The position numbers and the translations under genes were made by a program. The notes beneath the pieces are model-generated. The model was not told the DNA's origin. It ran no database searches and saw only the letters and a program-made list of their open reading frames with translations. From Stylophora pistillata (taxonomy: Eukaryota), in the NCBI RefSeq assembly GCF_002571385.2, contig NW_019218159.1, forward strand, positions 151,990 through 215,989: a stretch of 64,000 nt of DNA, written 5' to 3'. Of the stretch, positions 38,944-51,192 are shown in pieces (position 1 is the stretch's first letter; each line of letters starts with the position of its first letter).

Positions 38944-39521
38944 TAGGCCCTTATCGATTGTGCTAGTAAACGTAACATATTATGCTACTAGCAGTGCCCG
39001 ATTTTTTCTAAATTATGCCTAAAATTATGCTCGTTTTTGAACATTGTGCTACTTAATACTTTTTCTTAATGATCATGTATGCTTAAGAATAAAGAACACA
39101 AAACTGGTCCAAAATCAAAATTATATGTATTCATGTCATTTATTGTTAATAAAGCGTCATATTTTCTTAATCTAGAGTTACACACTTGCTCTGATAAGAC
39201 ACAACTAGACACTGCACTTCATTCCAGACTAGAAGCTATGTTAGCGGAACTGGGACCGAAGCAATCTTTACTTCCGGTGTGCTCAGTCCTCTTCACGGCC
39301 AACGACGCAGTATTGCGGTAACCTTACTCCCCTCCCCCAGGCGAATGAAAATGGACTGAAACATGGACAGAACAAATCATGACTCTGGTAATGTTCCCTT
39401 CACTGAAAACTAAAAATATGCCGATTACGCTGGCAGTGCTACTTTTAAAGAAAGAGCACAAATTATGTTCGTTTTTCCAAATTATACCAAAACTTATGCT
39501 AGCACAATCGATAAGGGCATA
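38944..39521. mobile_element. hAT-type MITE
   Basis: TIRs TAGGCCCTTATCGATTGTGCTAG / CTAGCACAATCGATAAGGGCATA; 8-bp TSD ACTAGGAT at 38936-38943 and 39522-39529. Confidence 0.85.
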
Positions 39522-40387
39522 ACTAGGATACATGTGGCTACAATACGCCATGAAAACAAACCGCGGCGACGATTCACTTTGTGTGACGATGAGGATTTTG
39601 TTGAAAATCTTTTGTCTCCGTAGCAGAATTTTGTATACGCAACAGATCGCATAGACTCAGTCTGGCTTGAATATTTACCATGATTTCAGTTATACTTAGT
39701 CGCGGCGACTTGATATACATGTAAAGCTATTTGTCGGAGATAACTAATTGCCTGAGGCCTTGAAGGTTCGTCCTTATAGCGATTTGTAAGTCACGCAATG
39801 ACAGACTGGAGAAACTTTTATTTCATTAAAGAAGCTTGGTACAATGGAACAAAATAAAATTCATACGTTTCCACATAAGCTTCAGAGTGTTTTCCTGTTT
39901 TTGTTTCCTTCTTTCACAATCATTTGCTCCTAATATGACCGCGCTATTTTGAATATTTCAAACTGTCATAAAAATTAGACCATGTTGTCTCCTTTGTGTA
40001 CGAAAATGTCATGGGAACATTTTACCTAAACAATATCAGCCTCTTGCAATCACGCGAAGTAGAAGTGTGTTGTAAAAAATATTTGACTTGTCATCATGAT
40101 ATGTTAATGTCCTGACTTCCTTCACACTTCACTTCTTTCACTCTTCTCTGATCAGATAGAAGCCCTTTGCTCCTCAATTTCGCTTCACCAATGGTTCGTC
40201 GCTTCAATAAAAATTTACAAATAACCTCTTTAAACTGAAGACCAGGCCATACTATTTTCTTGAAATAATTTAAGCATTGATCGATAGACACAAAACTATA
40301 TACATATCTTGCTAGTAAAATGTTTTTGTAGATGAATATAGCTCCTCGTGCTCTCGGTAAAAATTCTCTTGCACCGCTTGTTAATTC

Positions 40388-40840
40388 TCACTGTGCACTC
40401 ACCACGACATCTTCGTATTTAGGCGGTGGACAATAAAACAAAGAACTGTATGAAGGTGGGGGCATTTCCACACTATACGAGTCTTGATCGCTTGTCGTAG
40501 TTTGATTTGTGCTTCCGCGAACCAGTGTTCCATCGTAGGAAGAGGAAATAATTCTTATGGCGCTATTCGAGTTTGGAAGCATCCAGTCCTCAATTCGGCG
40601 ATCTTGTAGTCCATTAGAAAATTCCTCCACAACAGTTGTGGTAGAAATTGCTCCTTGATTACTAGTGTTACTGTCGAACTCGCTGTTTCGTCGGTACGTT
40701 CCAGATTCGACACTGTTTTGTTTACTTTTCAAACAGCTGAAGAGGCGCTTACGAAAAAAGCACGCCATAATCACTAATGCAGCCAACAGCAAGCCAATAG
40801 GTACGGGCCAAATACAGTTAAAAATCGGAGACAGCCGCAT
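40388..40840 (-). CDS. Single-pass membrane PY-motif protein G (150 aa from first ATG; TM-CFFRKR, PPPSYSSLF...PPPKYEDV)
   Basis: First ATG at 40840 (track start is TTG). TM IWPVPIGLLLAALVIMACFF; S/T/N-rich tail; double PY. Confidence 0.8.
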   Translation of the reverse strand: MRLSPIFNCIWPVPIGLLLAALVIMACFFRKRLFSCLKSKQNSVESGTYRRNSEFDSNTSNQGAISTTTVVEEFSNGLQDRRIEDWMLPNSNSAIRIISSSYDGTLVRGSTNQTTTSDQDSYSVEMPPPSYSSLFYCPPPKYEDVVVSAQ

Positions 40841-42645
40841 AAAGCTTCGATCGCACTGTTTGTGGTTTTGTGAGTAACCCAAACCTCCTCTAACGCCGCC
40901 AATAAGCGAAAAAGGAAGAGGAACAACTTAACCAAAGATTCGTGGAAATTCTGACGATTATTTCAAAGATCCAACTGAACTTAATGCGATCTTCCTGTTT
41001 TGGTGATCTGTAAAAGGTACTGTATTGACCCTGTTTAAACAACAACGGATATTTCTTATTTTGGGGCTAATTGCTACATTTATATTTCTTTAATCATAAT
41101 AGATGACGACAACTGGTTCTTAGAATATCTTCGGGTGCGTCCAAATACACCAGCTGTGTCAGCCCACGTGTTTGTCTATTTATAAGCCATTTTTGCAACC
41201 AGCCAAAATTAATGTCACATAAGTTTTATCAAGCTAAAAGTATTGTGTATCTGCCCATTATCCAGGAGCTCCCTAAATTTTCTTTCCTCGCATTAGTTCA
41301 GTATGGATCCAATTTGTTCTGATTCGCACCAGTTAGTTCAGTGATAATAAAAACAAAAAAATTAATTTGACAACTGACTGACAGTGCAATATCACGCGTC
41401 GAGGTGTATTGTAGCGGCACAGCCCCCACTTAAAATCAAAATAGTCAATTTAGCGGCTACCACGAGGGTTTGAAACCCCGAATCAGATGTAAAAAGCATT
41501 TTAAATCAGTCTTGTTTGTAAAGGACACGGGTAATTCTTTTTTGAATGTATAACTTCCTTGTTTTCGTGTTCTTCGCAAATGGTCCATGAATAACTTGAA
41601 CTTACAAGCACCATCTGGTAGCTCTATTCACGGATAAGGAAATAAAAATTTTTAAATAGTCGCACGTAACACAATATTTTTGTTTCGCAAACTTTCAATA
41701 AATTAAGAATTCTGACCTACATCTGCTTTGCTCCGATAAACATTAATGTTCCGAGCGACATAATAAAACCATATGTATATGTGCACGATCCTTCGCAGTA
41801 AAGCACTATTTAAGCAATAGTGAAAAAAAGTCCACAATAAACTAATCATGCAGAAATTGCTATTTGGGTCTACAATCAACACTTCTAATCTCATGACCAT
41901 TTCTCCGATCTCATTGAATTTTTCCTTCGGTAGCTTCTTCATTGGTTTTTTTGTCGCTGTTGTTTTTGAATTTGAAGGAGTTAATAACTATATATGCCAG
42001 GAATAGAAGAATGAATGCCAAATTTTGTCACAGGTATGCAAATATTTCGGCACCCCGTAGCTCGAGGCGCTATTTAATTTTCCGATTTTCGACGGTTTTA
42101 CTATTAGGTGATCTGTGATCTTGGAGTACCCCGGTCTGCTCCCGACGTAACTTAGTAACCCCCCAGATAGTTACTACCTGTGAGGAAGTTTCGAAACCCG
42201 TCGAAGCCTGAATTTCCTCAGGCCTCTTTTTTGTAACCGCTCTTTAAAATTGCAGTTCATTGCTTTACTTGGTCTGCTCTTTGTATTATTCATCACCCAA
42301 CCAAAGTCAAGCATCCGCAATCACTGCGGCGAAGAAAAACACTTGTGCCATAAGAGTACGTCACTACAGTAATTGCGTCACGGAAGGAAACCGGAAAGAG
42401 GCATTCGCTCACCATCAGTCACAACTGACTGGTTTGAGCTGCCCATGCATAAGGAGAATTGTGTTATTAATCAAGGTGCAGTTGTCAAAAGGAGAGATAA
42501 TGCTGTCCAAAGAAAAAAAACGAACTGCATAATCCACGGGATACAAACTTATCAAGTCGACAGCGTTATCCATCCTTCAAACAACCGGAGCCAGAACTTC
42601 TTAACAGTGTATCCACTTTCCTAGGCGGCGGAGTAAAGAGGCCGG

Positions 42646-42746
42646 AGAGGCTGTAGAGGCTGTAGAGGCTGTAGAGGCTGTAGAGGCTGTAGAGGCTGTA
42701 GAGGCTGTAGGGGCTGGAGAGGCTGGAGAGGCTGTAGAGGCTGTAG
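42646..42746. repeat. 9-bp minisatellite (GAGGCTGTA)n
   Basis: About 11 tandem units visible. Confidence 0.95.
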
Positions 42747-45637
42747 TTCATAAGAAACCAACCTAAAAACCGAGTGGGGGAATACCGTTCTTCAAAATGG
42801 ATCTCCCACAATGGCCACCGATGTAATGCGTATCGGAAAAATTTTTATTAGCAAACTTAACAGATAGATTGCGAAGCAACCAATAAGTATAGAGAAAAAT
42901 CCCTACACGGTTTTGAAGACCAACTCCTCAGGGTTGAAATTGTGCAGAAGCTCTATATTTACGGTCAGATTTGATACGTAATTGATTCACTCAAAAAAAC
43001 ATCATCCATTGCGGTTTGTCGCAGCCCATTCAGTTTACGATTAGATCGAGCGAAAACGAAATAATTTTTGCCGAATAGTGTATCTCATAAACTTTCCACT
43101 GATATCTAGTTTATGATGGTTATGCTTCAAATAGCTTATTGAAATTTTTCTTCGCGAAGGACACTCGCGAAAGTCTACCGTATCCGAATGCGTTGTCACA
43201 AATCGATTATGGACTTTTTGGACATTGCGTGTGTCAACGAACTTTGTAGAGGAATTTTAGGAAATTCAAGTAAAGATGTGCGTTTTGCTTGGTGTGAGAT
43301 GAACCCCTCATTTTTTCAAGGCAGTACGCCGCCACTGCACCTTCTACTAATGAATCATTAAAAGAAAAAAAGATAAGCTGGGAAGACTCTCATCTTAAAG
43401 GTCTCTTTGCACATTTTCAAAAGGCTCGTTGACCAGTTCCCAGTATAAGAGCCCTTAGTAAGGACCTAAGACCGGAATCTGCGAGTGAATGTTTTTGGGG
43501 CGAGAAAAATGGAAGATTTCGAAAATACATTTCTTGAGTTTCTGAAGTATGTTTAAGTACTCGACGGGTTGGTACGTCTTATTGACGGTCATATTGGTCG
43601 TGGGAAACACAAAAAACTAAAAGGACATATTGGTAGTATGCGGCACAAGCGTCTTTTAGGGAAACTTTACGCGTGTGGCGTTTAACACAAGCCACTGAGA
43701 AATCGTTTAGCAAGCCGTCATGTTTGATTGTTGGTTTTTAGTTTGCCAAGGGAAGGGGTTTACAGAATGAATCTCTTGGAAATCCTCCGCTACAGTATGT
43801 ATTTAAACTTACATTGCTTTCAATAACAGATTAATGTGTTAAGCCCATCTCAGTAGAAGTTCCTTCTAAGAAGCTGTCCTAGGGTGGCAAATAATATCAG
43901 AATTAGGCAGATGACAGTGAACCATTTCAGCTTGATGCAAATTATCAGGGTCAAATTACTGCAAACGAGCACGGATGTGCTAGCTTCAATGAACAGTTTG
44001 CAGTATGCATAATCCAGTGAGTAATCTGACCAATACCGTGTTTAGTAACTGCAGCAAAAAAAAAAAAAAACTTTTTTTTTTCAAGCGAGTAGAATTAGAA
44101 AAAAAACTATAAAATTTTCGCTCAGCTCCATGCTTTTGACAAGCCAAGCAGTGGTTCCAAAGGCAATCTGTTTTTGTCATTTCTTTTCTTTAACCGACAA
44201 CTGTATGGAGAATGAGGTAGGTGGTTGTCAGGAAATCTTACCAAACAAGGGCCTCTCACCTTAATGTTTCAATTCATCTTGTAGAGTAATATTCAAATAT
44301 TCGCTCATCGGTATGACATGGCGCCTCACCTTTAGGAAGTCAAGTCACGCTAACTGGGCTGTCATGTAGTACTACCCCCTAAGCAGGCTCAAGGGTCAGC
44401 GGAAACAAGCGAAAAAGCTGGCGAGCAGAAAACGGCGGAAGTCGGGCAAAGATGGACCTGAGAAGACGCAACTGTTTCATTGGCAACCACGACTACGATT
44501 TGTCGACCGATTGCTCTTCTACTTGTCCCCTGGAACAACACAGCGGTCAAACGTTTGCGCATGTGCCTATTTTGTGATGGCTAGGGGCTTTGAGGCCGTC
44601 AGAAACAAATTGTCTTACAGGACTTATAAACAATTACACAAGGTCGTGAGTCACAGCGTTTAAAGACTATTCAACTTTTTTGATAAAAGCCGAGGAAAAA
44701 ATGATAAATCAACAGGACAGCCGTAATCTTAATTCAAAATAAGCTTTGTACTCGAAACGTATCGAATTTTCATTTTCCCTACCTTTGTTTCCTTTTACAG
44801 ACTTCTAAGAACGTTTGCGTGACAGCAGTTGAATCTAAGTTTATAGTCTGAAATTTTTCGCGGGAAATAGGTGCATGCCCAACGTTCAATCGCTGTCTTC
44901 CCGACACTTGTTCGGGTCCGAACCCGCAGTGGGAAAGATATCACGCCCCCAAGTGAGACTGGACTTGTGATGGGACCACCCTACTGAGGACATTTTGTTG
45001 CGTTAGTATTATGGGATATAAGAACATGTGCTCTTCGCTTGAAGGTAGTAGTTTTTCGTTGGATTAAAAGGGTGATTGAAACCGTTGTCGAAAGTTGAAG
45101 TTATTAAGTAGTCTGAACAAAACAACATAAAGATATGAATTTCGCTCCAAAGCTTTACGTAATTCTACAACCCACAATTAAGGACACAATTATGAACTCT
45201 AGAGATCTTGTTAAAATTCATGAATCATAATTTATTTGTAAAATTCGTTCTGTACAATTCTATGTTACTTAATTCAAATTGACGTTTCTGATGCAATTTA
45301 TTTACTGTTAATGTCTGACTTTCAATTTTTTTCTCCACTCAATTTATAACGCGTATAAAATTTACCATATATCTGGTGTATCGACATAATATTCACTTAG
45401 ACGGACCATTTGATTGCATTAAAATTCCACTTGGAAAAAGCAATGAACGCATGTTGAACAAAAGTGGAATTTTGAGACATTAACTGGAGACAGTTTTATG
45501 AAATCCTACACCAAAGCTAAATCAGGCCCCTTGCTCAAAATAGAAACGAGCAGGTACTGGGCCAAGCAATGGATGCTTCTTTGATTAATTGATGAATTAT
45601 TTTTTACGATAGAAATTTTCAGGCCGTTTATAAAATT

Positions 45638-45830
45638 ATGAGAACCACGAAGTTCAAATGCTTGTTAACTTGTTGTGTTATTTTAGAAATTGTTCGATGT
45701 TCCATGGGACAAAAACTATCACAAAATATATCCTCGCCGCGAGGAACTCTGGGAATGGGTGACCAAACACCAGTGATATCACTTGATATGTTAAATTTGA
45801 CTGACAACAATGACTTACAAAATGCCTTTG
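45638..45830 (+). CDS. Possible first coding exon of a secreted protein, divergent from the cluster
   Basis: Acceptor TTTTCAG 15 nt before the ATG; signal-like MRTTKFKCLLTCCVILEIVRCSMG; NIS and NLT sequons; weak phase-1 donor G|GTTTGC at 45830. No downstream exon established. Confidence 0.35.
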
Positions 45831-48800
45831 GTTTGCTTTTGAACTCCTTGGTTTGTGCTTAATCAATAAAACCGCCATTCTTTCGTTACGTAGATTAATC
45901 ATAAAATTTCGATAAATTTCGTAACATTGCTGCTATATAATTTACTGTACGAATGATATATTGGGATACGAATGAAAAACTGTTGTGTCTAGGATAAAAA
46001 CATCGTAAATTGAAACAATGAATTTTCCTAGTAAGTTACTACAAGATTAAGTGCCAGGTTAACAAAGGAGGCTTGCAAAATGCGAGCGGTTTCTATCTTG
46101 CATAGGAGAATCCCGGATGGGAAATTGTTTCGATGATTTTGGGGCAAATCCATACATAGTCCTAATACCTGGTTATATAGTAACCTTGAATACATGTAAC
46201 TAATCTTCTTGGAAACTTCTAAGGTTTGACTACAATATCTATTCAGTAAACAGGTAGGAAAATGATACCAAAGTCTTACACTATAACGCTTTAATTATCC
46301 TCTCTAAGAAGCGAGCGAGAATTGTCCTATATAAACCACGCTTTAAAACTTATGTCTGAACGTGAGACGTCACTATTACACGTGTAAAATCATTTGTCTG
46401 TACGAATGGCGTAACGAACACGGTGCCAGCTGGAAAAACCTCCGTGCTTTTAGCCGATCATAGAAAAAGTGACACCAATGTATGGTTATACAATAAAACA
46501 CTAACACATATAAATGCAGATTTGAAACAAATCATGCGAATCGAAAGAGTTTGCTAAAATGCATAGTGCCTCTGACTGAAAGGTCGCGTCAAAAATATAT
46601 ACAACTTCACAGAGGGAGATATATATCCAAGATTTATCACAGTGTCTAACAACAATTGCTGACCACTCATTTAGGTTCAATTGTCTTTCGAATTAAGAAA
46701 AATTATCGAAATTTTAGAGTGTGATATGTAAGAAAATAATCTAGTTTAGCCGACTTATTTGTTTCTTTTGCCGATTATGAAAAACACATCCCGAAGTTCA
46801 AAAACCGGTTGTTTTTTGTACACATTACAGGGGTACCAAACTATACACCTATCTACGAAGACTTTTCAAGAAATTATTCTTAAGCACCAAAAACAGCGGA
46901 GCCTCTAGAACTACCACACAAAGCTTTCATTTGAATGCCCACACAGCAGAGTTTCGGCATACACGGACTCAAAAGTTGTTTTCATTTGTGACTAGCAAGC
47001 TTAAAAAGGTTTAAAGCTAAAAACGGAAAAAAATATTCATTTACTTTGAACAATATACTTTTAAAGGTAAATTTCTACATTCATAGATTCTTTAAAAACC
47101 GTGTTTGAAGTTATATTTTGTTTGAAAAACTGACCCTTCAAGCCCTTTAGGGTTATTTCACGGTTAAAGGGATTGTTTTCATACAGAAATAATGCTGCTA
47201 TTAGAAAGTTGCATCATATCAAGCGACCCAAACCAACAGAAAAACCTAATAATCGTGCTACTGACAAAGTGATAAAGTAACATTAAATAAACAAAAAACA
47301 GTTTATGCAACAACACTGTACCACACCAAGCGACCCCAACCTACAAATAAACTTGATACCCGAACGGTAAAATAATAAAATAGCATGTAGGCATTCAACG
47401 AAAATGGCAGATTTAAGCAACGTAACTGCTTACCATTAACTACTGGTTACATTAACTACTGCACTTGCTTATAAAATGGAAATGGTAGTCCTGAAATGGT
47501 GCACCACTTGGCAGGAGTACTGTGCTACAATTAACATTGGCATTTTGCGTTTTCACCAGACGAAAATGAAACGTACTCTGGCAATAGTAAGCAAAAGGAA
47601 GCTTCCATCTGTGACTCGTTGTCCATGTGTTCTATGGAAGCAAATAACAGTGGACAATGATGTCAAATTATAGGCAGACAGAGGTCGAAATTTTCCTTAA
47701 CTTCCACTGCGGGAAAGGAGATTTGACGAGCATCAAGTTAGACCTTGGGTCGAAGGGTCGGAATTCTAAGGCAAACAATTTACTCTTCGACTGTTTCTTT
47801 CAACAAAAGACAAAAAATGTGTTGAAATATTTGTTTCTCTTGGTTTGGCCCTAGAGTAACGTGGGCTGCACAACAGACGTAGGTTTTTGCGTTTTTCAGT
47901 CGAACGGAGGCAAGTGCGAGGCGAGTACATAACGCGCCCTTCCCTCGCGGGAAACTGACGATTCGCGTTCGATTCGCGTTTGCCTCTATTCGCCTAAAAA
48001 CGCAAAAAAATTACATGTGTTCTACTGGCTTAGCGTAAGATAAAGCCCCTCGAAAAGTCATCCTCAGTATATTCTTTCAAACATGAAAAGAAAACTGGCA
48101 TAACAAGTCCAAATTTAATACTGGAGCAGCACAAACCACCTAACAAATAACTGGTCCCAGGAGTGCACAAGACTCTATAGGAACAGTGAGTAAAACCTTG
48201 CAAAATGCTAGCGGAACCTAAAAAGGAAAATACAACAAATTTTTGTGTGAACTTGTGAATAAGTAGCCATCTTACCTGATTCTTTTCAGTATCAAGTATT
48301 GGGGGATTCGTGCTATCTTTGCAGCCATCTGTTTGATTGCAATCCATGTTACACAACAACACCAACGAAGTTTCAGAGGAGCTGTGAACAACGTAACAGC
48401 AACGAATCAGACTCTGTTACAAAATTGGTAGGTCATTATAGAACCACACGAAAAATATCCCCAGAGGCCCATTTTTTCTCTTATTCCAAAACCAATTTGG
48501 TTTGGTATACCATAGGTTTGTCACTGTGCACCTCAAGCAGATGGAGCTGACTAAGCTTGAAAGACACTACAACTTGAAAGATTTTGTTTGTTACGTTCAG
48601 TACTTACTTGATCTCAAGAGTTATAAGTTGGGGCGGTAAATTGGGGCTGAATGGAATGTAATATGAAGAATTCTGAGAACTAAAAACAAAGAGCTAAGTC
48701 AAATCAGAGGAAAACTTCACAAGCTCTCTTAAAATGTCACGTGGCAAAATCAAGACAAGAGACAAATTCACGTGCTTTGCACGTAAGCACCAACCTGTTC

Positions 48801-50029
48801 TCGTTCTTGATGGCGTAATTTCGCTCTAAAAGTCGAACTTCTGGATCACGCAACTGAACAGTGGACGAACCTACGAGTTTAGGTTAAAACAATGAAACTT
48901 CTAAGAATTACAACATTAATCATTCTTCCTGTTGAAAAAATAAAACGGTGAAAACTCAAACAAGTGTCTCTGCGCACTGCGGTTTTTTAGGCACTGTATG
49001 ACGGCGATTCTTGAAGTATGAGTAACGAACACTACTTAAGAGCGTGTCTCTGTAATTTCCGACCACTCGAAATTCGTTCAAAAATAAATCTTGCCTTAAA
49101 TTTTGTATGTGGACAAGGAAACCATTGTCTATCATCAGAACAATAGTGGTTTCCCTCGGATTCTAAAAGTTTTTTTATTTTTAGTCAATTTTCCGCACAT
49201 AGGTCGAATCGTGAAATTGACATCATTTGTGTACACAAAATGAGCAATCTTTATTAGGATCGCACGCTGTCAAAAATGATTCAATACGAGAGATATTCTG
49301 GAATACAACAGTTTAATACATCAACTTTCCAAGTGTGATCACAAAGGTAGAGTATCTTAATAAATGTAAACACTGTCGTCGCGTCAAATATGCCACTACC
49401 TGACTAAGCCGAAAAGTGGTACTTTTTAAATTGCGATTTCTCCGTACTGGGACAAAACTAGATATCAGGAGTTGCACACACTTAACAACCGTGCATGAGA
49501 GCACCATATTCCGTAGAAATATCCATGGCTATTATCGCAGGAAAAAAATAAAGCGAAAAGGAAATGTGAGATTTTTACATACATGTACAGCACTGCTTTC
49601 GGAAATTTGCATTCGTAATTATCCACGATGAATCACAAAATAATCGCAAATGAACAACTCAGGGAGACTATAGAATGTCTGTAAGTCAGGTTTTATTGTC
49701 CAAAGATCCAAGGATTCCAAGGATTTCTTTCCGGGTGCGAGTCTGTAGGGATTTAGGTCATTCATTCTGAGTGACGATTCAGCGGCACCGGGTATTTGTA
49801 TTCTAGCACTGTAATCCTGTCCATCTTCCAACTTTAAAGCCATGCTGAGAACAATATCCCCTAAAATACACAGCTCCATCCGAATTCAAGTTGTACACTG
49901 TTCCAAATTTGCCGGTCATTTGCAAGAAACCGAGTGACATTCATCGTCACGTTTTTCTCTTGGACTGTTAAACAACCCTGTGGCCTCGATTGCATGAGAA
50001 TTTAGACAGCTGCAGGCCGGGGGAGGCAG

Positions 50030-50558
50030 TCATTGGAGACAACCACATTCTGTGACCAGTTCTTCTATCTTTACAGCAAAGTCTTGTTTTCTGTCCTTCG
50101 ATGTGTAAGGTATCTCATAATGATCAAGAATTTCCTTGAGAATTGTATTATTCAGTTTCAGGAGTTTTAACTCAGTAGCATATTCACAAACATTGAAAGT
50201 GTCATAGGTAATAGGGTGTTTCAAACCAGTGTGCGGATGGATAGAGTTTAGAAGCTCTACTTCATCTTCAAATTGTTTCCATTCAACTCCTGCTGCCTCC
50301 TCTTCTTCTGAGGGTGTTGAATGTTTTGGAGTGGACGCCAGCATGGAGAAGAAGGCTTTCTATCTGGCTTTCTTTTAGCCATTCCTTCCTTGAGAAAAGT
50401 TTCTTCCCTTCCTCGTTTCTTGCACGTAGCATATCTTCTGCAACTTCTTTTGGAGTCAGTTTGTTACCAGTCGCTATCTTGAAGTCAAACTCTGTTGTTA
50501 GATAGGCCTTTACATGCTCTGCTAACGGACATTCCCTCAACTTGTTACCAACGCCCAT
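50030..50558 (-). pseudogene. Frameshifted transposase C-terminal remnant
   Basis: YLTTEFD..ATGNKLTPKEVAEDMLRARNEEGKKLFSRKEWL.ESQI, then ...LKEILDHYEI...ECGCLQ*; the last part is mirrored at about 50659-50915. Confidence 0.6.
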
Positions 50559-51192
50559 CCTTCACACAATTCTGAACAACTGCCAAACAGTCGGTCCTCT
50601 TGCTTTCATGTGTCTTTCTTTGTCTTCAAATTGGTGGTGGTAGAAAACTGCTTAGCTCAGTTGAATGGAAAGAATTTGAAGATGAAGTAGAGCTTCTAAA
50701 CTCTATCCATGCGCACATTGGTTTGAAACACCCCATTATCTATGACACTTTCAATGTTTGTGAATATGCTACTGAGCTAAAACTCCTGAAACTGAATAAT
50801 ACAATTCTCAAGGAAATCCTTGAAGGACAGAATTTGAATTCATCGAAGGACAGAAAACAAGACTTTGTTGCAAAGATAGAAGAACTGGTCACAGAATGTG
50901 GTTGTCTCCAAAGACTGCCTCCCCCCCCCCCGGACTGCAGCTGTCTAGATTCTCATGCAATCGAGGCCACAGGGTTGTTTATCCACGAGAAAATTGTGAC
51001 GATGACTGTCACTCGATTTCTTACAAATGACCTGTAAATTTGGAACAGTGTACAACTTGAATTCGGATGGAGCTGTGTATTTTAGGGGATACTGTTCTCA
51101 GCATGGCTTTAAAGTTGGAAGATGGACAGGATTACTGTGCTAGAATACAAATACCCGGTACCGCTGAATCGTCACTCAGAATGAATGACCTA

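Noticed and set aside
42566-42811. (YSL)n repeat protein
   Set aside because: The open frame is a by-product of a 9-bp minisatellite.
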